Assembly: GCA_963743565.1 (NCBI GenBank)
Contig: CAVUQD010000002.1
Span: 113,604-177,603, forward strand
Origin: an uncultured Alphaproteobacteria bacterium
GTDB lineage: Bacteria; Pseudomonadota; Alphaproteobacteria; Rhizobiales; Beijerinckiaceae
Reading direction: 5' to 3'
DNA: 64,000 nucleotides
In this document: in pieces, positions 1 to 9,205 of the stretch
Position numbering within the stretch: the stretch's first letter is position 1
Layout of the letters: every line of letters starts with the position of its first letter
Made by a program: the position numbers and the translations under genes
Notes under the pieces: model-generated
The model's database searches: none
What the model was told of the DNA's origin: nothing
Seen by the model: only the letters and a program-made list of their open reading frames with translations

Positions 1-5
1 ATCGG

Positions 6-896
6 TCATGTCTTCTCCCGTTCTTCGAATGCGGCGTAGGCGGTCTCGAATCGCCGCAGATTCTCTCGCGTATAGGCCTCATAGTCGAAGTCGATCGTCG
101 ACTTGATCTCCGAAACCATGCTCCACAGGGTCTCGCGCAAGAGCGAGGCCGCCACCATCGCCTGCAACCCACGCCGGGTCGCCTCGGTCGGGGGCTCATC
201 GAAATAGTCGGCGAGCATCGCTTCATCCTCTTGCGCGGAGAGACCGTTATTAGAAGACAGACCGCCGAGATCGAAAAACGGCGTACCCCAACCTGCGTAA
301 TCCCAGTCGATGAGCCACAGCCGCTCGCCGTCGTCTATGAAATTCGCCGCGAGAAGATCATTGTGCCCGAAGACGAGGTCGATCGGCCCGAGCGCGCGCT
401 CGAGCTTCTGCGACGCTTCCAGCAATTGCGGGAGCATGGGAGTCCAATCGGATCCCTCCTCGCGCAGCAGATGCGCGTAGTCTCGAATGACGTGGAAGAC
501 GTTGAAGCAAAGCGTTGGACCGCGCAGATGGTTGGGCATCTCTCGATGCGCGCGCTTCACCAGCCCCAGGCAGCGGTGAAGATTCTTGCGAACGTCTTCG
601 GCGTCATAGGTCCGTCCGTGGATATAGTCCATGACGAGAAAGGGCGGCGCCGCGTAAACCAGATGCGGAGAAATCCCCGCCGCGGCCGCGGCCTTGGCGG
701 CCGCCAATTCGTTAAAGCGCATGACCCCGTGATGCGGGATGTCGCCGCCATAGCGCACGACAACTCGACGCCCCCTCTCGCTCACGAGAAAATTCTTATT
801 GGTGATGCCGCCCGACAGAGGCTCGATTTCGACAGGGCCGCTCCAAATCGGGAGCGCACGAATCAGGGATAAAGGATCGGGTGCGTCTGCGGTCAT
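6..896 (-). CDS. Choline/ethanolamine kinase family phosphotransferase
   Basis: 296-aa ORF with LSGGITNKNF N-terminus, HNDLLAANF (Brenner motif) and LIDWDYAG; divergent from eutBC. Confidence 0.85.
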   Translation of the reverse strand: MTADAPDPLSLIRALPIWSGPVEIEPLSGGITNKNFLVSERGRRVVVRYGGDIPHHGVMRFNELAAAKAAAAAGISPHLVYAAPPFLVMDYIHGRTYDAEDVRKNLHRCLGLVKRAHREMPNHLRGPTLCFNVFHVIRDYAHLLREEGSDWTPMLPQLLEASQKLERALGPIDLVFGHNDLLAANFIDDGERLWLIDWDYAGWGTPFFDLGGLSSNNGLSAQEDEAMLADYFDEPPTEATRRGLQAMVAASLLRETLWSMVSEIKSTIDFDYEAYTRENLRRFETAYAAFEEREKT

Positions 897-1003
897 CGCG
901 GCCTGCCCTGCTTGCCAATGCGAAGAACCCTAAGGCCGTGTCACGGAGGTGACAAGCGGGCGGCCGAGCGCTAGTTTCAAGCGCGTCATCGTCTCTGGGT
1001 CGC

Positions 1004-2377
1004 ATGATGTATTCGATCGACCTGCAAGGAACCCGTTACCGGTTCGACGACCTGAAGTCGCTGATGGCGAAGGCGACGCCGCTGCGTTCCGGCGACTGCC
1101 TCGCGGGCGTCGCCTCTGAGAGCGCCGTCGAGCGCGTTGCGGCGCAGATGCGCCTCGCCGATCTTCCGCTCTCGACCTTCCTCGCCGAGCCGCTCATCCC
1201 CTATGAGGACGACGAGGTGACGCGGCTCATTTTCGACACGCATGACAAGCGCGCCTTCGCGCCGATCGCCAGCCTCACCGTCGGAGAGTTCCGCGACTGG
1301 CTGCTCTCCGATTCCGCCACGCGCGAAACGCTCGCTGCCCTCGCGAAGGGGATCACGCCGGAGATGGCGGCCGCGGTTGCGAAGATTTCGCGCAACCAGG
1401 ACCTCATCGCGATTGCTTCAAAAATCCGCGTCGTCACGCGCTTTCGTAACTCGATCGGTCTGCCCGGCACGCTCTCCTCGCGCATTCAGCCCAATCATCC
1501 AACCGACGATCCCAAGGGCGTGCTCGCCAGCATCATCGACGGGCTGCTGCTCGGCGCCGGCGACGCGGTGATCGGAATCAATCCCGCATCCGACAGCCCG
1601 CGACGCTGCGAAGAATTGCTGCTGCTCATCGATGAATTGCGTGAAACCCTGGAGATCCCTACGCAGTCTTGCGTGCTCGCCCATGTCACGACCACGCTGC
1701 CGCTCATCGCGAAAGGCGCGCCCGTCGATCTCGTCTTTCAGTCGATCGCCGGGACCGAAGCCGCGAACCGCAGCTTTGGGGTGGACCTCGCACTGCTGCG
1801 CGAAGCGGACGACGCGGCGCACAATCTGCGACGCGGAACCGTCGGTAATAACGTCATGTATTTCGAAACGGGCCAGGGCAGCGCGCTTTCGGCGGAGGCG
1901 CATCATGGCTGCGATCAGCAGACGCTCGAGGCGCGCGCCTATGCAGTGGCCCGCGCCTTCGATCCGCTGCTCGTCAACACGGTCGTCGGCTTCATCGGAC
2001 CGGAATATCTCTTCGACGGCAAGCAGATCATACGCGCCGGGCTCGAGGATCACTTCTGCGGCAAGCTGATGGGCCTGCCCATGGGGTGCGACGCCTGCTA
2101 CACGAATCACGCCGAAGCCGATCAGAACGACATCGACGATCTTCTCACGCTCCTGGCGGTTGCCGGCGTGAATTATGTGATGGGCGTTCCGGGCGCCGAC
2201 GACGTCATGCTGAATTATCAGAGCACGTCCTATCACGATGTCGCGGCCGTTCGAAAAATTCTTAATCTCTCGCCTGCTCCGGAATTCGCGGAATGGCTTG
2301 CGCGGATGCGCGGCGGCGATCTCACGCAGGCGCAAGCGTTGCCCTCGTCCTTCCAGCGTCTCTTGGCGAAAGTTTGA
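1004..2377 (+). CDS. eutB: Ethanolamine ammonia-lyase large subunit
   Basis: 457 aa; motifs RSGDxLAGVA, QPNHPTDD, MYFETGQGSALS, GLEDHFCGKLMGLPMG. Confidence 0.97.
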   Translation: MMYSIDLQGTRYRFDDLKSLMAKATPLRSGDCLAGVASESAVERVAAQMRLADLPLSTFLAEPLIPYEDDEVTRLIFDTHDKRAFAPIASLTVGEFRDWLLSDSATRETLAALAKGITPEMAAAVAKISRNQDLIAIASKIRVVTRFRNSIGLPGTLSSRIQPNHPTDDPKGVLASIIDGLLLGAGDAVIGINPASDSPRRCEELLLLIDELRETLEIPTQSCVLAHVTTTLPLIAKGAPVDLVFQSIAGTEAANRSFGVDLALLREADDAAHNLRRGTVGNNVMYFETGQGSALSAEAHHGCDQQTLEARAYAVARAFDPLLVNTVVGFIGPEYLFDGKQIIRAGLEDHFCGKLMGLPMGCDACYTNHAEADQNDIDDLLTLLAVAGVNYVMGVPGADDVMLNYQSTSYHDVAAVRKILNLSPAPEFAEWLARMRGGDLTQAQALPSSFQRLLAKV

Positions 2378-2380
2378 AGC

Positions 2381-3151
2381 ATGGCGGAGAAACTGCCGGC
2401 GATTGACGGTTTGGCGGCGCTGAAAGCCTCGACTCCGGCGCGCATCTTTCTGCCGTGCGCGGGCGCGGCGGTCGCGACGGGGGCCAATCTCGCCTTCCAG
2501 CTGGCGCACGCGCAGGCGCGCGACTCGGTCGAGGATCATCTCGACACACAAGCCCTCATGAAAGAACTGCACCAGCGCGGGTGGGAATCCGTGTGCGTCG
2601 AGAGCGCGGCGCCGAACCGGCGCGCCTATCTGATGCGGCCCGATCTCGGACGGCGCCTCGACGATCCCTCGCGCGCGCGTCTCTCAACGCTCGCGGGCGA
2701 TGGCGATATCCTCTTCGTCGTCGCGGACGGCCTGTCCGCACGAGCCGTCACAGCGCATGCGCTACCGCTGCTCGATGCGGCGCTGCCTGCCTTTGGCGCC
2801 GAAGGCTGGAAGATCGGCCCCGTCATCGTCGTTTCTCAGGGCCGCGTGGCGATTGGCGACGAGATTGGCGAGGTCTTGGGCGCAAAGCTCGTCGCCGTTC
2901 TCATTGGAGAGCGGCCCGGTCTCTCCTCGCCCGATAGTCTCGGGGCGTATCTCACTTTCTCCCCGCGCATCGGCCGCACGGACGCCGAGCGCAATTGCCT
3001 GTCGAATATTCGCAGAGAGGGAATGTCCTACGCGGAGGCGGCGGCGCGGTTGCTTTATCTCGCCACCGAAGCGCGTCGGAGGAATTTATCCGGCGTAGAA
3101 CTGAAGGACGAGTTCCAAAGTGCGGCGTCCGCTCGCCTTGTCGCGGGCTGA
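2381..3151 (+). CDS. eutC: Ethanolamine ammonia-lyase small subunit
   Basis: 256 aa; STPARI, AHAQARD, RxAYLMRPDLGRRL, IGERPGLSSPDSLG, DAERNCLSNI; follows eutB. Confidence 0.96.
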   Translation: MAEKLPAIDGLAALKASTPARIFLPCAGAAVATGANLAFQLAHAQARDSVEDHLDTQALMKELHQRGWESVCVESAAPNRRAYLMRPDLGRRLDDPSRARLSTLAGDGDILFVVADGLSARAVTAHALPLLDAALPAFGAEGWKIGPVIVVSQGRVAIGDEIGEVLGAKLVAVLIGERPGLSSPDSLGAYLTFSPRIGRTDAERNCLSNIRREGMSYAEAAARLLYLATEARRRNLSGVELKDEFQSAASARLVAG

Positions 3152-3247
3152 ATTCGCCGGGCCGCGCGCAAAGAAGGGCATGCACAAGGTAATGAGCGCC
3201 GCCGATGCGGGGGCCAAAAGTTTATTGAACTTCAATAGGATCGATTG

Positions 3248-3361
3248 TGGCTGCCCTTCCTGGACACGTATCGAACCATGTGCATTGCTCCGGAGCCAAA
3301 TTTCCGTTGCATCTTGGAGGACCTTCGAGTGATGCAGTCCATGGCGTCGGGCATCAGGTAA
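3248..3361 (+). other. Left attachment junction encoding a displaced recombinase C-terminus (WLPFLDTYRTMCIAPEPNFRCILEDLRVMQSMASGIR*)
   Basis: The frame starting at the TGGCTG core is open to TAA at 3359-3361. It begins with the same WL dipeptide at which the recombinase enters the tRNA. WLPFLDTYRT resembles termini recalled for this recombinase family. Confidence 0.7.
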
Positions 3362-3410
3362 CGACCGTTTTCCTAATTCGCGTCTGCTGCGGGATCGCTA
3401 CCGGACTCGC

Positions 3411-4310
3411 TCACCCCTGAACTCGGGCGCAGCGAAAGCCAATATGATTGATGCGTTCGCGCGGAGCGCTCGCGGTCCGGCCGGCCGAGCGGACGCCCGA
3501 CGCGTAGTCGGCCCAGGAACCCCCGCGCAAGACGCGCCCTCCAGCCCCATCGTTCAGCCAGACGGAGCCGTCTGCCGGGGCGCCGACATAGTCAGGGTGA
3601 TCGGGATCTTCGACCCATTCCCAGACGTTTCCAAGCATGTCCTGAAGGCCCCAGGGATTCGCCCGCTTGCGCTTCACGCGCCGAGTTCCCGCGCTTTGAT
3701 GCGCGTATTGCTTTCCGGACCAAGACGAGCTGTCCCAGAGCGCCCCGAGATCGTAATCCCTGCCACTGTTGCCTCCGTACCAAGCGATCGGGTCGAGGAT
3801 CGGCGCGTTGTTCAGTCCCAGAATCTCCAGATCGCCCGCGTATGTCGCCGCCGTAGTCCCGGCCCGGCAGGCGTATTCCCATTGCGCCTCGCTCGGCAGG
3901 GAGAGGCCGAGACCGGGAACGAGCGCGTTCACCTTGCTGATAAACGCTTGCGCGTCGTCCCACGAAACTCTTTCGACCGGGCGATCAGGGCTTTGAAAAT
4001 CGCTTGGATTGTTCCCCATCACCGCGCTCCAGAGTGCTTGCGTGCATGGGGTCTCGAACATCCAGAACCCTCGCGCGATCGTCACCTCATGCTGCGGGCC
4101 TTCGTTCTTGGCCCGCCCCGCCTCCGACTCTGGCGATCCCATTAGGAAGTTGCCCGGCGGAATCCAGCGTAAGAGCTGATTGGCGTCCTGAACCGCGAAG
4201 CCAAGAAACAGGCCGTGACTATCCTGCCCCCATTCGCTGGCCCAATCGGGCGGAGCACCCTCGATCAGCCGCCGCCGCTCACTAAGAAGGTCGACCGCAA
4301 GTGCTCTCAT
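3411..4310 (-). CDS. Stand-alone FGE-sulfatase (SUMF1-like, C-type lectin fold) domain protein; DGR-target-like
   Basis: RWIPPGNFLMGSP, LPSEAQWEYACRAG, NPWGLQDMLGNVWEW, RVLRGGSW...IGFRCAR; ATG at 4310 preferred over the longer ORF start at 4385. Confidence 0.9.
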   Translation of the reverse strand: MRALAVDLLSERRRLIEGAPPDWASEWGQDSHGLFLGFAVQDANQLLRWIPPGNFLMGSPESEAGRAKNEGPQHEVTIARGFWMFETPCTQALWSAVMGNNPSDFQSPDRPVERVSWDDAQAFISKVNALVPGLGLSLPSEAQWEYACRAGTTAATYAGDLEILGLNNAPILDPIAWYGGNSGRDYDLGALWDSSSWSGKQYAHQSAGTRRVKRKRANPWGLQDMLGNVWEWVEDPDHPDYVGAPADGSVWLNDGAGGRVLRGGSWADYASGVRSAGRTASAPRERINHIGFRCARVQG

Positions 4311-4659
4311 CCTTGTGTGCCCCGAATGCTGACGTGAAAAAGCGCGCCGGCGAGCCTTGGAGGAGGCTTCGCCCGTTTCTAGCACGCCGACGGCCCTTCG
4401 TTTTCGCCATTCGGAACATCGAGAACTCGTCTTGGGGGAAAATCTCTCCGTAGGCGATCTTGCCGCAGTTTATCGACGCCGGCCGGCTTTCTGCGTTCTG
4501 TTCCAGATAAGTGACGCAGAGCGCCCAGAAGCTCGTCTGCCCGTCCTGAACGAAATTCTTCTCGACCGAGACGATCTTGTGGCTGGTCAAGAGCTGGTTC
4601 AACGTCGCGCTGGCCTCGTCGTCGCCTCGACAAGAGCAGGCGAAGACTTTCACGCGCAT
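4282..4659 (-). pseudogene. Truncated N-terminal half of the HRDC-domain accessory protein typical of DGR cassettes
   Basis: ATG 4659 with GGAGG RBS. MRVKVF...HKIVSVEKNFVQDGQTSFWALCVTYLE...KIAYGEIFPQDEFSMF resembles recalled DGR-associated HRDC proteins; similarity stops near 4410, before the HRDC domain. Confidence 0.6.
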
Positions 4660-4766
4660 CCTCCTGCCTCCTCTCGCGCTCTCGCGTGGTCGGCCCCGCC
4701 AGCGACCCACCGACGCAGGCGGTCGGCTCGCTCCGCTCGAACTCGCCGCGTCCCTCCCGGCTCCCC

Positions 4767-7700
4767 TCACTCCTGAACTCGGGCGCAGCGAAAGCCGATA
4801 ATGTCGGCGCGCACGTCCGGAGCGTACGCGCTCCGGTGCGCGGAGCGGACGTTCCGCGCGTCGAGGCCCCAGGAACCGCCGCGCAAGACGCGCAAAGCAG
4901 CCATAGCTGCTTGCGATGCTCCAGCCTCTACATCCGATCTGCTCCCCAAGCGAAGCAACTGTTTTGCCGCGTCGAGCAATCCCGCGCGCCGGACGGAGCC
5001 GCGCCAAGGCCTGCCGTCGCTGGGCGCCGCCTCATAGTCGCCGTGCCAATCGTCCGCGCACCATTCCCAGACATTTCCGTGCATTTCGTAAAGACCCCAG
5101 AGGTTAGGCGGCAGGCTCGCCACGGGAGCCGTCTCCTTGCGATAAAGCACTTTGGTCGCGTCGTCGTAAGGGTAGTTGCCATCGTAATTGACGAGCTCGG
5201 GCGTAATGTTCTCGCCGAAGCTGAACGGCGTCGTCGTCCCCGCCCGGCAGGCGTATTCCCACTGCGCCTCGCTGGGCAAAGAAAGACCGAGATCGGGAAT
5301 GAGCGCATTGATCTTGTCCAGGAACTGCTGCGCGTCGTCCCATGAGACTTGCTCGACGGGGCGGTCGGGGGCCTGAAACCGACTCGGATTTGTGCCCATC
5401 ACGGCCGTCCACAAGGCCTGAGAACAGGCCGTGTCGAAGAGCCAGAAGCCCTGTGCGATCGTGATCTCGTGCCGGGGACCCTCCGAAGTCAAACGCCCCC
5501 GCTCGGTCTCCGGCGAGCCCATCAGGAACCGCCCGGGATTGATCCAGCGCAGCTTCTGGCGCACGGGGTCTGCTGCGCCCGGCGCCTCGATCCCGGCCCA
5601 CAGGCCGAAGCGATCGCGCCCTATCGCTGACGCCCATTTCGGGCGCGCCAGGGGCTCGACCGTCAGGCGCTCACAGTCGCTGCGAATGACGAAGGACCCG
5701 GCGCGCGGAAAAATCGCGGCGCCCTCGCCGCCGACGAATAGCCGCGCGCGCTCGCCGCCGCCGGACGGCGCCGCTGCGGTCGGCCTCGCTCCGCTCCGCT
5801 GAACTCGCCGCGTCTCCGCCGGCTCCGCGCCGTCCTGAACTCGGGCGCAGCGAAAGCCGACATACTGGTTTTCCTCCTGCCGCTTGTATTGATACCGGGA
5901 CGCCGCACGGACGGCGTGCGCGCTGCTCTCCCAAGAACCGCCGCGCACGACACGCCCGACAGCCTTATTTGCGTCATCCCAAACTGAACCGTCGTTCGGC
6001 GCGCCTCGGTAGCCCCGATGCCAAGCGTCGGCGCACCACTCCCAAACATTGCCGTGCATCTCGTAGAGGCCCCAGGCATTGGCTGGAAGACTTCCGACAG
6101 GGACACGCCGCTGACGCCAACGTCCCTTAAACTCTTGATACTGAAAATCATCACCGAAGTAATTCACCTGATCCACAGTGACGGTCTCGCCAAAGCTGAA
6201 CGGTGTCGTCGTCCCAGCCCGGCAGGCGTATTCCCACTGAGCCTCGCTCGGGAGGGTGAGGCTGAGCCCGGGAATGAGGGCGTTGATCTTGTCGATGAAC
6301 TCCTGTGCGTGGTCCAAAGAGACGCGGACAACAGGCTCGGCGGCGGCGCCTGACCATCGCCACTCCCTCATCACCGCCTCCCAAAGGACGTTAGGGCATA
6401 CCGTGTCAAACAGCCAGAAACCCCTTGAGATGTTTACTTTGTGCCGTGGACCTTCGTTGGCGTCCCGCCCCTTCTCGTTGTTCGGCGACCCCATCATGAA
6501 CGTGCCCGGCGGGATCCACCGCAAGCGCTGCTTCACAAAGCCGTCCCGGCCTTCGATAGCGAATTCAAACCAGGGTCCAATCTTGTCGCAGCCGAAATCG
6601 CTGACGAAGGGAGGGACGGCGCCGTCCTTCCAGAAAGGCGGCGAATCGAGCGCGAAATCATCTTCGCGCGCCGTGATCCCGCAGACGAGGCTGCCATGAG
6701 ACAGGGCTTCGCTCGCGAAGGCGCGCAGCCGACCGCCCAGCTGACGGATCATGAAGCGTCGCGGCGGACGATCCGATGACGTCACTCGGGTCGCCACATA
6801 ACCCGGCGGCGCGGCGGGGTCGTCTCCGCGCGCCGAGCGCCAGAGCGACATGAAGGCGCGGCGCTCGGCGGCCTCGTCTGGCGTCCAGTCTTCCCAGCGC
6901 TCCAGCGGCAAACGGTGCGTCAAGCCCCAGAACCAGCCCATCTCGCCCGCCGACGCCTTCTCGGCCTCCGCAGCTTCCGCCAGCGCGAGGAAGTCCTCAG
7001 CAAGGCTCCGGCGGACGCGCGCGGGAACCAGAACCCGCGAGGATGCTGGGAGACTGCGGCATTCCTCCGCAAACACCCAGCGCATCCCGTCGCGCCAGGA
7101 ATGGCGCGGGGGATGGAAACGCCATCGATAGATCAGCTTCAGGACATCACGACGTTCCTCTGGAGCGAGCGTGGCGAACTCCTTGAGCAGCGCCTCGCGC
7201 GCGGCGACGTCGGGCGTCGCGCCGATCGGATGGCGTCGCGCCACCGCGGCGTCCTGCCAAAATAGCCCTTCGAGCCCCGGGTCGGCCCTTCCGCCAAGCA
7301 GCCAACGCAGCCCGCGGAGCAGCCCGGGCTCGATGCTGAGCGCGGGCGAGGCCAGGACCTGCAGCTGCCGCAGCCTCTTCTCGCGCTCCTCCAGCGTTAT
7401 CGGCTCGCCAATCCGGCGCCAGCCGATGAGGGACCACACCCTTGAGAGCTGCGCCACGGCGCGCAAGGGCGCCGCGGGCAGCACGGCGACCCCGCGCCCG
7501 CCGACGCGGCGCAAGCGCTCGCCATACTCGGCCCAGGCCCGCAACTCTTCGCCCTCCGGCTCTGAGAGCAGTCCGAGATCACTGAAAACGACGACGGTCG
7601 CGCCCGAGGGCGGCGGCGCCTGGTCGCGCCAATCGACGGGGATCACCCCGCCCTGCGGAAACAGCCGTTTCAGATCGTGATAGAGCGCCAGATAATCCTC

Positions 7701-8249
7701 GCGATAAGGGGTCAGACGCTCGCTCTTGTCGAAGAGCAGCAGCAACTCTCCACCCCAGCGGCGACGCTTCCGGCGCGGCCATCGCTTGAGTGGGATGCCG
7801 TCCGCAATCCGCCGCAGCGCCGCGTCCACGTCGAGGTCCTGTCCATCCCGCTGCCGCGCCGCCGCGCCGCGCAACAGCGCCGCCACATCCGCGAAGGATC
7901 CGAGCGGCGGGATGGGCGGCGGCGCGTCCCAACCGTCATCTTCCGGTGTGGAGGCGGCTTCCTCCAGCCAACGCGTCGCCTCGGTCTCCTGTTGCCCGGC
8001 CTTTTCAGCGACGTCGCCTTCATAAGCGACAACGCGCCAGAACAACGGCTCCTCGGCCTGGGGCTCCGACGGCGGCGGCGGCGGAGGAGGAGGAGGCGGG
8101 GGCGTCTGGAGCGGCTGCGCGGGCGGCTTTGACGGGCGAAGTTCGTAGCCGAGGAACTCCGCGACCTCGAGCTGGCGCCCGTGCGTCAGCGCCCTGAGCA
8201 GATCGGCGCGCCCTCCGATCGAGCGCCTGCAGATTGCCTCACGCGACAT
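4767..8249 (-). CDS. MoxR-associated vWA-like protein with poly-Pro linker and two C-terminal FGE-sulfatase domains
   Basis: 1160 aa; PPPPPPPPPP linker; vWA-like LLLLFDKSE and VVVFSDLG (degenerate MIDAS); two complete FGE domains each ending RGGSW...GFRCARVQ. Confidence 0.85.
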   Translation of the reverse strand: MSREAICRRSIGGRADLLRALTHGRQLEVAEFLGYELRPSKPPAQPLQTPPPPPPPPPPPSEPQAEEPLFWRVVAYEGDVAEKAGQQETEATRWLEEAASTPEDDGWDAPPPIPPLGSFADVAALLRGAAARQRDGQDLDVDAALRRIADGIPLKRWPRRKRRRWGGELLLLFDKSERLTPYREDYLALYHDLKRLFPQGGVIPVDWRDQAPPPSGATVVVFSDLGLLSEPEGEELRAWAEYGERLRRVGGRGVAVLPAAPLRAVAQLSRVWSLIGWRRIGEPITLEEREKRLRQLQVLASPALSIEPGLLRGLRWLLGGRADPGLEGLFWQDAAVARRHPIGATPDVAAREALLKEFATLAPEERRDVLKLIYRWRFHPPRHSWRDGMRWVFAEECRSLPASSRVLVPARVRRSLAEDFLALAEAAEAEKASAGEMGWFWGLTHRLPLERWEDWTPDEAAERRAFMSLWRSARGDDPAAPPGYVATRVTSSDRPPRRFMIRQLGGRLRAFASEALSHGSLVCGITAREDDFALDSPPFWKDGAVPPFVSDFGCDKIGPWFEFAIEGRDGFVKQRLRWIPPGTFMMGSPNNEKGRDANEGPRHKVNISRGFWLFDTVCPNVLWEAVMREWRWSGAAAEPVVRVSLDHAQEFIDKINALIPGLSLTLPSEAQWEYACRAGTTTPFSFGETVTVDQVNYFGDDFQYQEFKGRWRQRRVPVGSLPANAWGLYEMHGNVWEWCADAWHRGYRGAPNDGSVWDDANKAVGRVVRGGSWESSAHAVRAASRYQYKRQEENQYVGFRCARVQDGAEPAETRRVQRSGARPTAAAPSGGGERARLFVGGEGAAIFPRAGSFVIRSDCERLTVEPLARPKWASAIGRDRFGLWAGIEAPGAADPVRQKLRWINPGRFLMGSPETERGRLTSEGPRHEITIAQGFWLFDTACSQALWTAVMGTNPSRFQAPDRPVEQVSWDDAQQFLDKINALIPDLGLSLPSEAQWEYACRAGTTTPFSFGENITPELVNYDGNYPYDDATKVLYRKETAPVASLPPNLWGLYEMHGNVWEWCADDWHGDYEAAPSDGRPWRGSVRRAGLLDAAKQLLRLGSRSDVEAGASQAAMAALRVLRGGSWGLDARNVRSAHRSAYAPDVRADIIGFRCARVQE

Positions 8250-9205
8250 GCTTCTTCAGCACGAATTCACGCACGGTCTTGAGCGCGTCCCGCTGCGCCG
8301 TCGGCTCGCCCTCATGCTGATGCGCCACGACGCGCAGCAAATCGAGATATTCGGCTTGACCGGGGCGCGGGCGCAGGTCTCCATGCGCAGTTCGATCCTC
8401 GAACACCATTTCCGCAGCGAGGCTTAGCGTTTCCCCGTCGCAGTTCGGGAAATGCGCCTTTCCACGCTGCACGAGCAAATCCATCAGTCTTGCCCTGTCG
8501 TCTGGCAGCGTCAGCGCCAGCACCAGGCAGCGGCGCAGAAAGGCGTCCGGCAGCGTACAGTTCTTCGTTTGTGGTGATCACGACGAGCGGCGCGGGTTCT
8601 TTCGCGTTGACGACGCCGCAGCCCGGCGGCGCGATCCGGCCAGAGCCGAGCGCCTCAAGGAGTCCGTTGGGGACCTCCGCCTCCGCCTTGTCGATCTCGT
8701 CGATCAGGACGACGGAACCGTTGTCGGGATCGGCTTCCGCGCCACGCTCCGGGACATCCGTGCGGACGCGCGCGCGCGCGCTCGCCGCCGCTTGACGCTC
8801 CGCGCTGGGCCAGTCGAAGCCCCACCACAGCGGCCCGGGAACGACGAATTTTTCGATCGCGAAATCGGCGCGCGCGTCCTCGACCGATTTGTCGCGCAGC
8901 GCGCCGGCGAGTTGCGCCTCGGCGAGACGCCCTAGGGAATCGAGCCGCCAAAGGAGATCACGCGACTCGGTTTGGCTGTCGACCACTTGCTGAATGAACG
9001 TTCGCTTCAGCATCTTGGCCGCGGCGCGCGCCAACTGGCTCTTCCCGATCCCCGGTTCCCCGCGAACGAGCAGCGGCCGGCCCGCGGCTAAGGCCGCATT
9101 CAGCGCGCGCACCTCGCGCTCGTCGAAGAGATGCACCTGATCGGCGATGGCGCCATGCGGCTCGAGATCGGCACGAAGCCCTGGAGTGTAACTAATGAAC
9201 TTCAT
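8239..9205 (-). pseudogene. MoxR-family AAA+ ATPase with a +1 frameshift near 8559
   Basis: Walker A GEPGIGKS, Walker B VLIDEIDKA. Deleting one base at 8559 restores ITTNEERTLPDAFLRRCLVL and joins the 8312-9205 and 8239-8523 ORFs. A sequencing error cannot be excluded. Confidence 0.85.

Noticed and set aside
3223-3237. Palindrome TATTGAA-C-TTCAATA next to the left att core
   Set aside because: Real but short, with a 1-nt loop; cannot be assigned as a terminator or binding site
4340-4410. Segment after the HRDC break that vaguely resembles spacer sequence downstream of DGR templates
   Set aside because: Based only on recollection; no alignment is possible here
8068-8105. GGC/GGA triplet run as a phase-variable repeat
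   Set aside because: It is a mixed in-frame triplet run encoding a poly-Pro linker; slippage would not shift the frame
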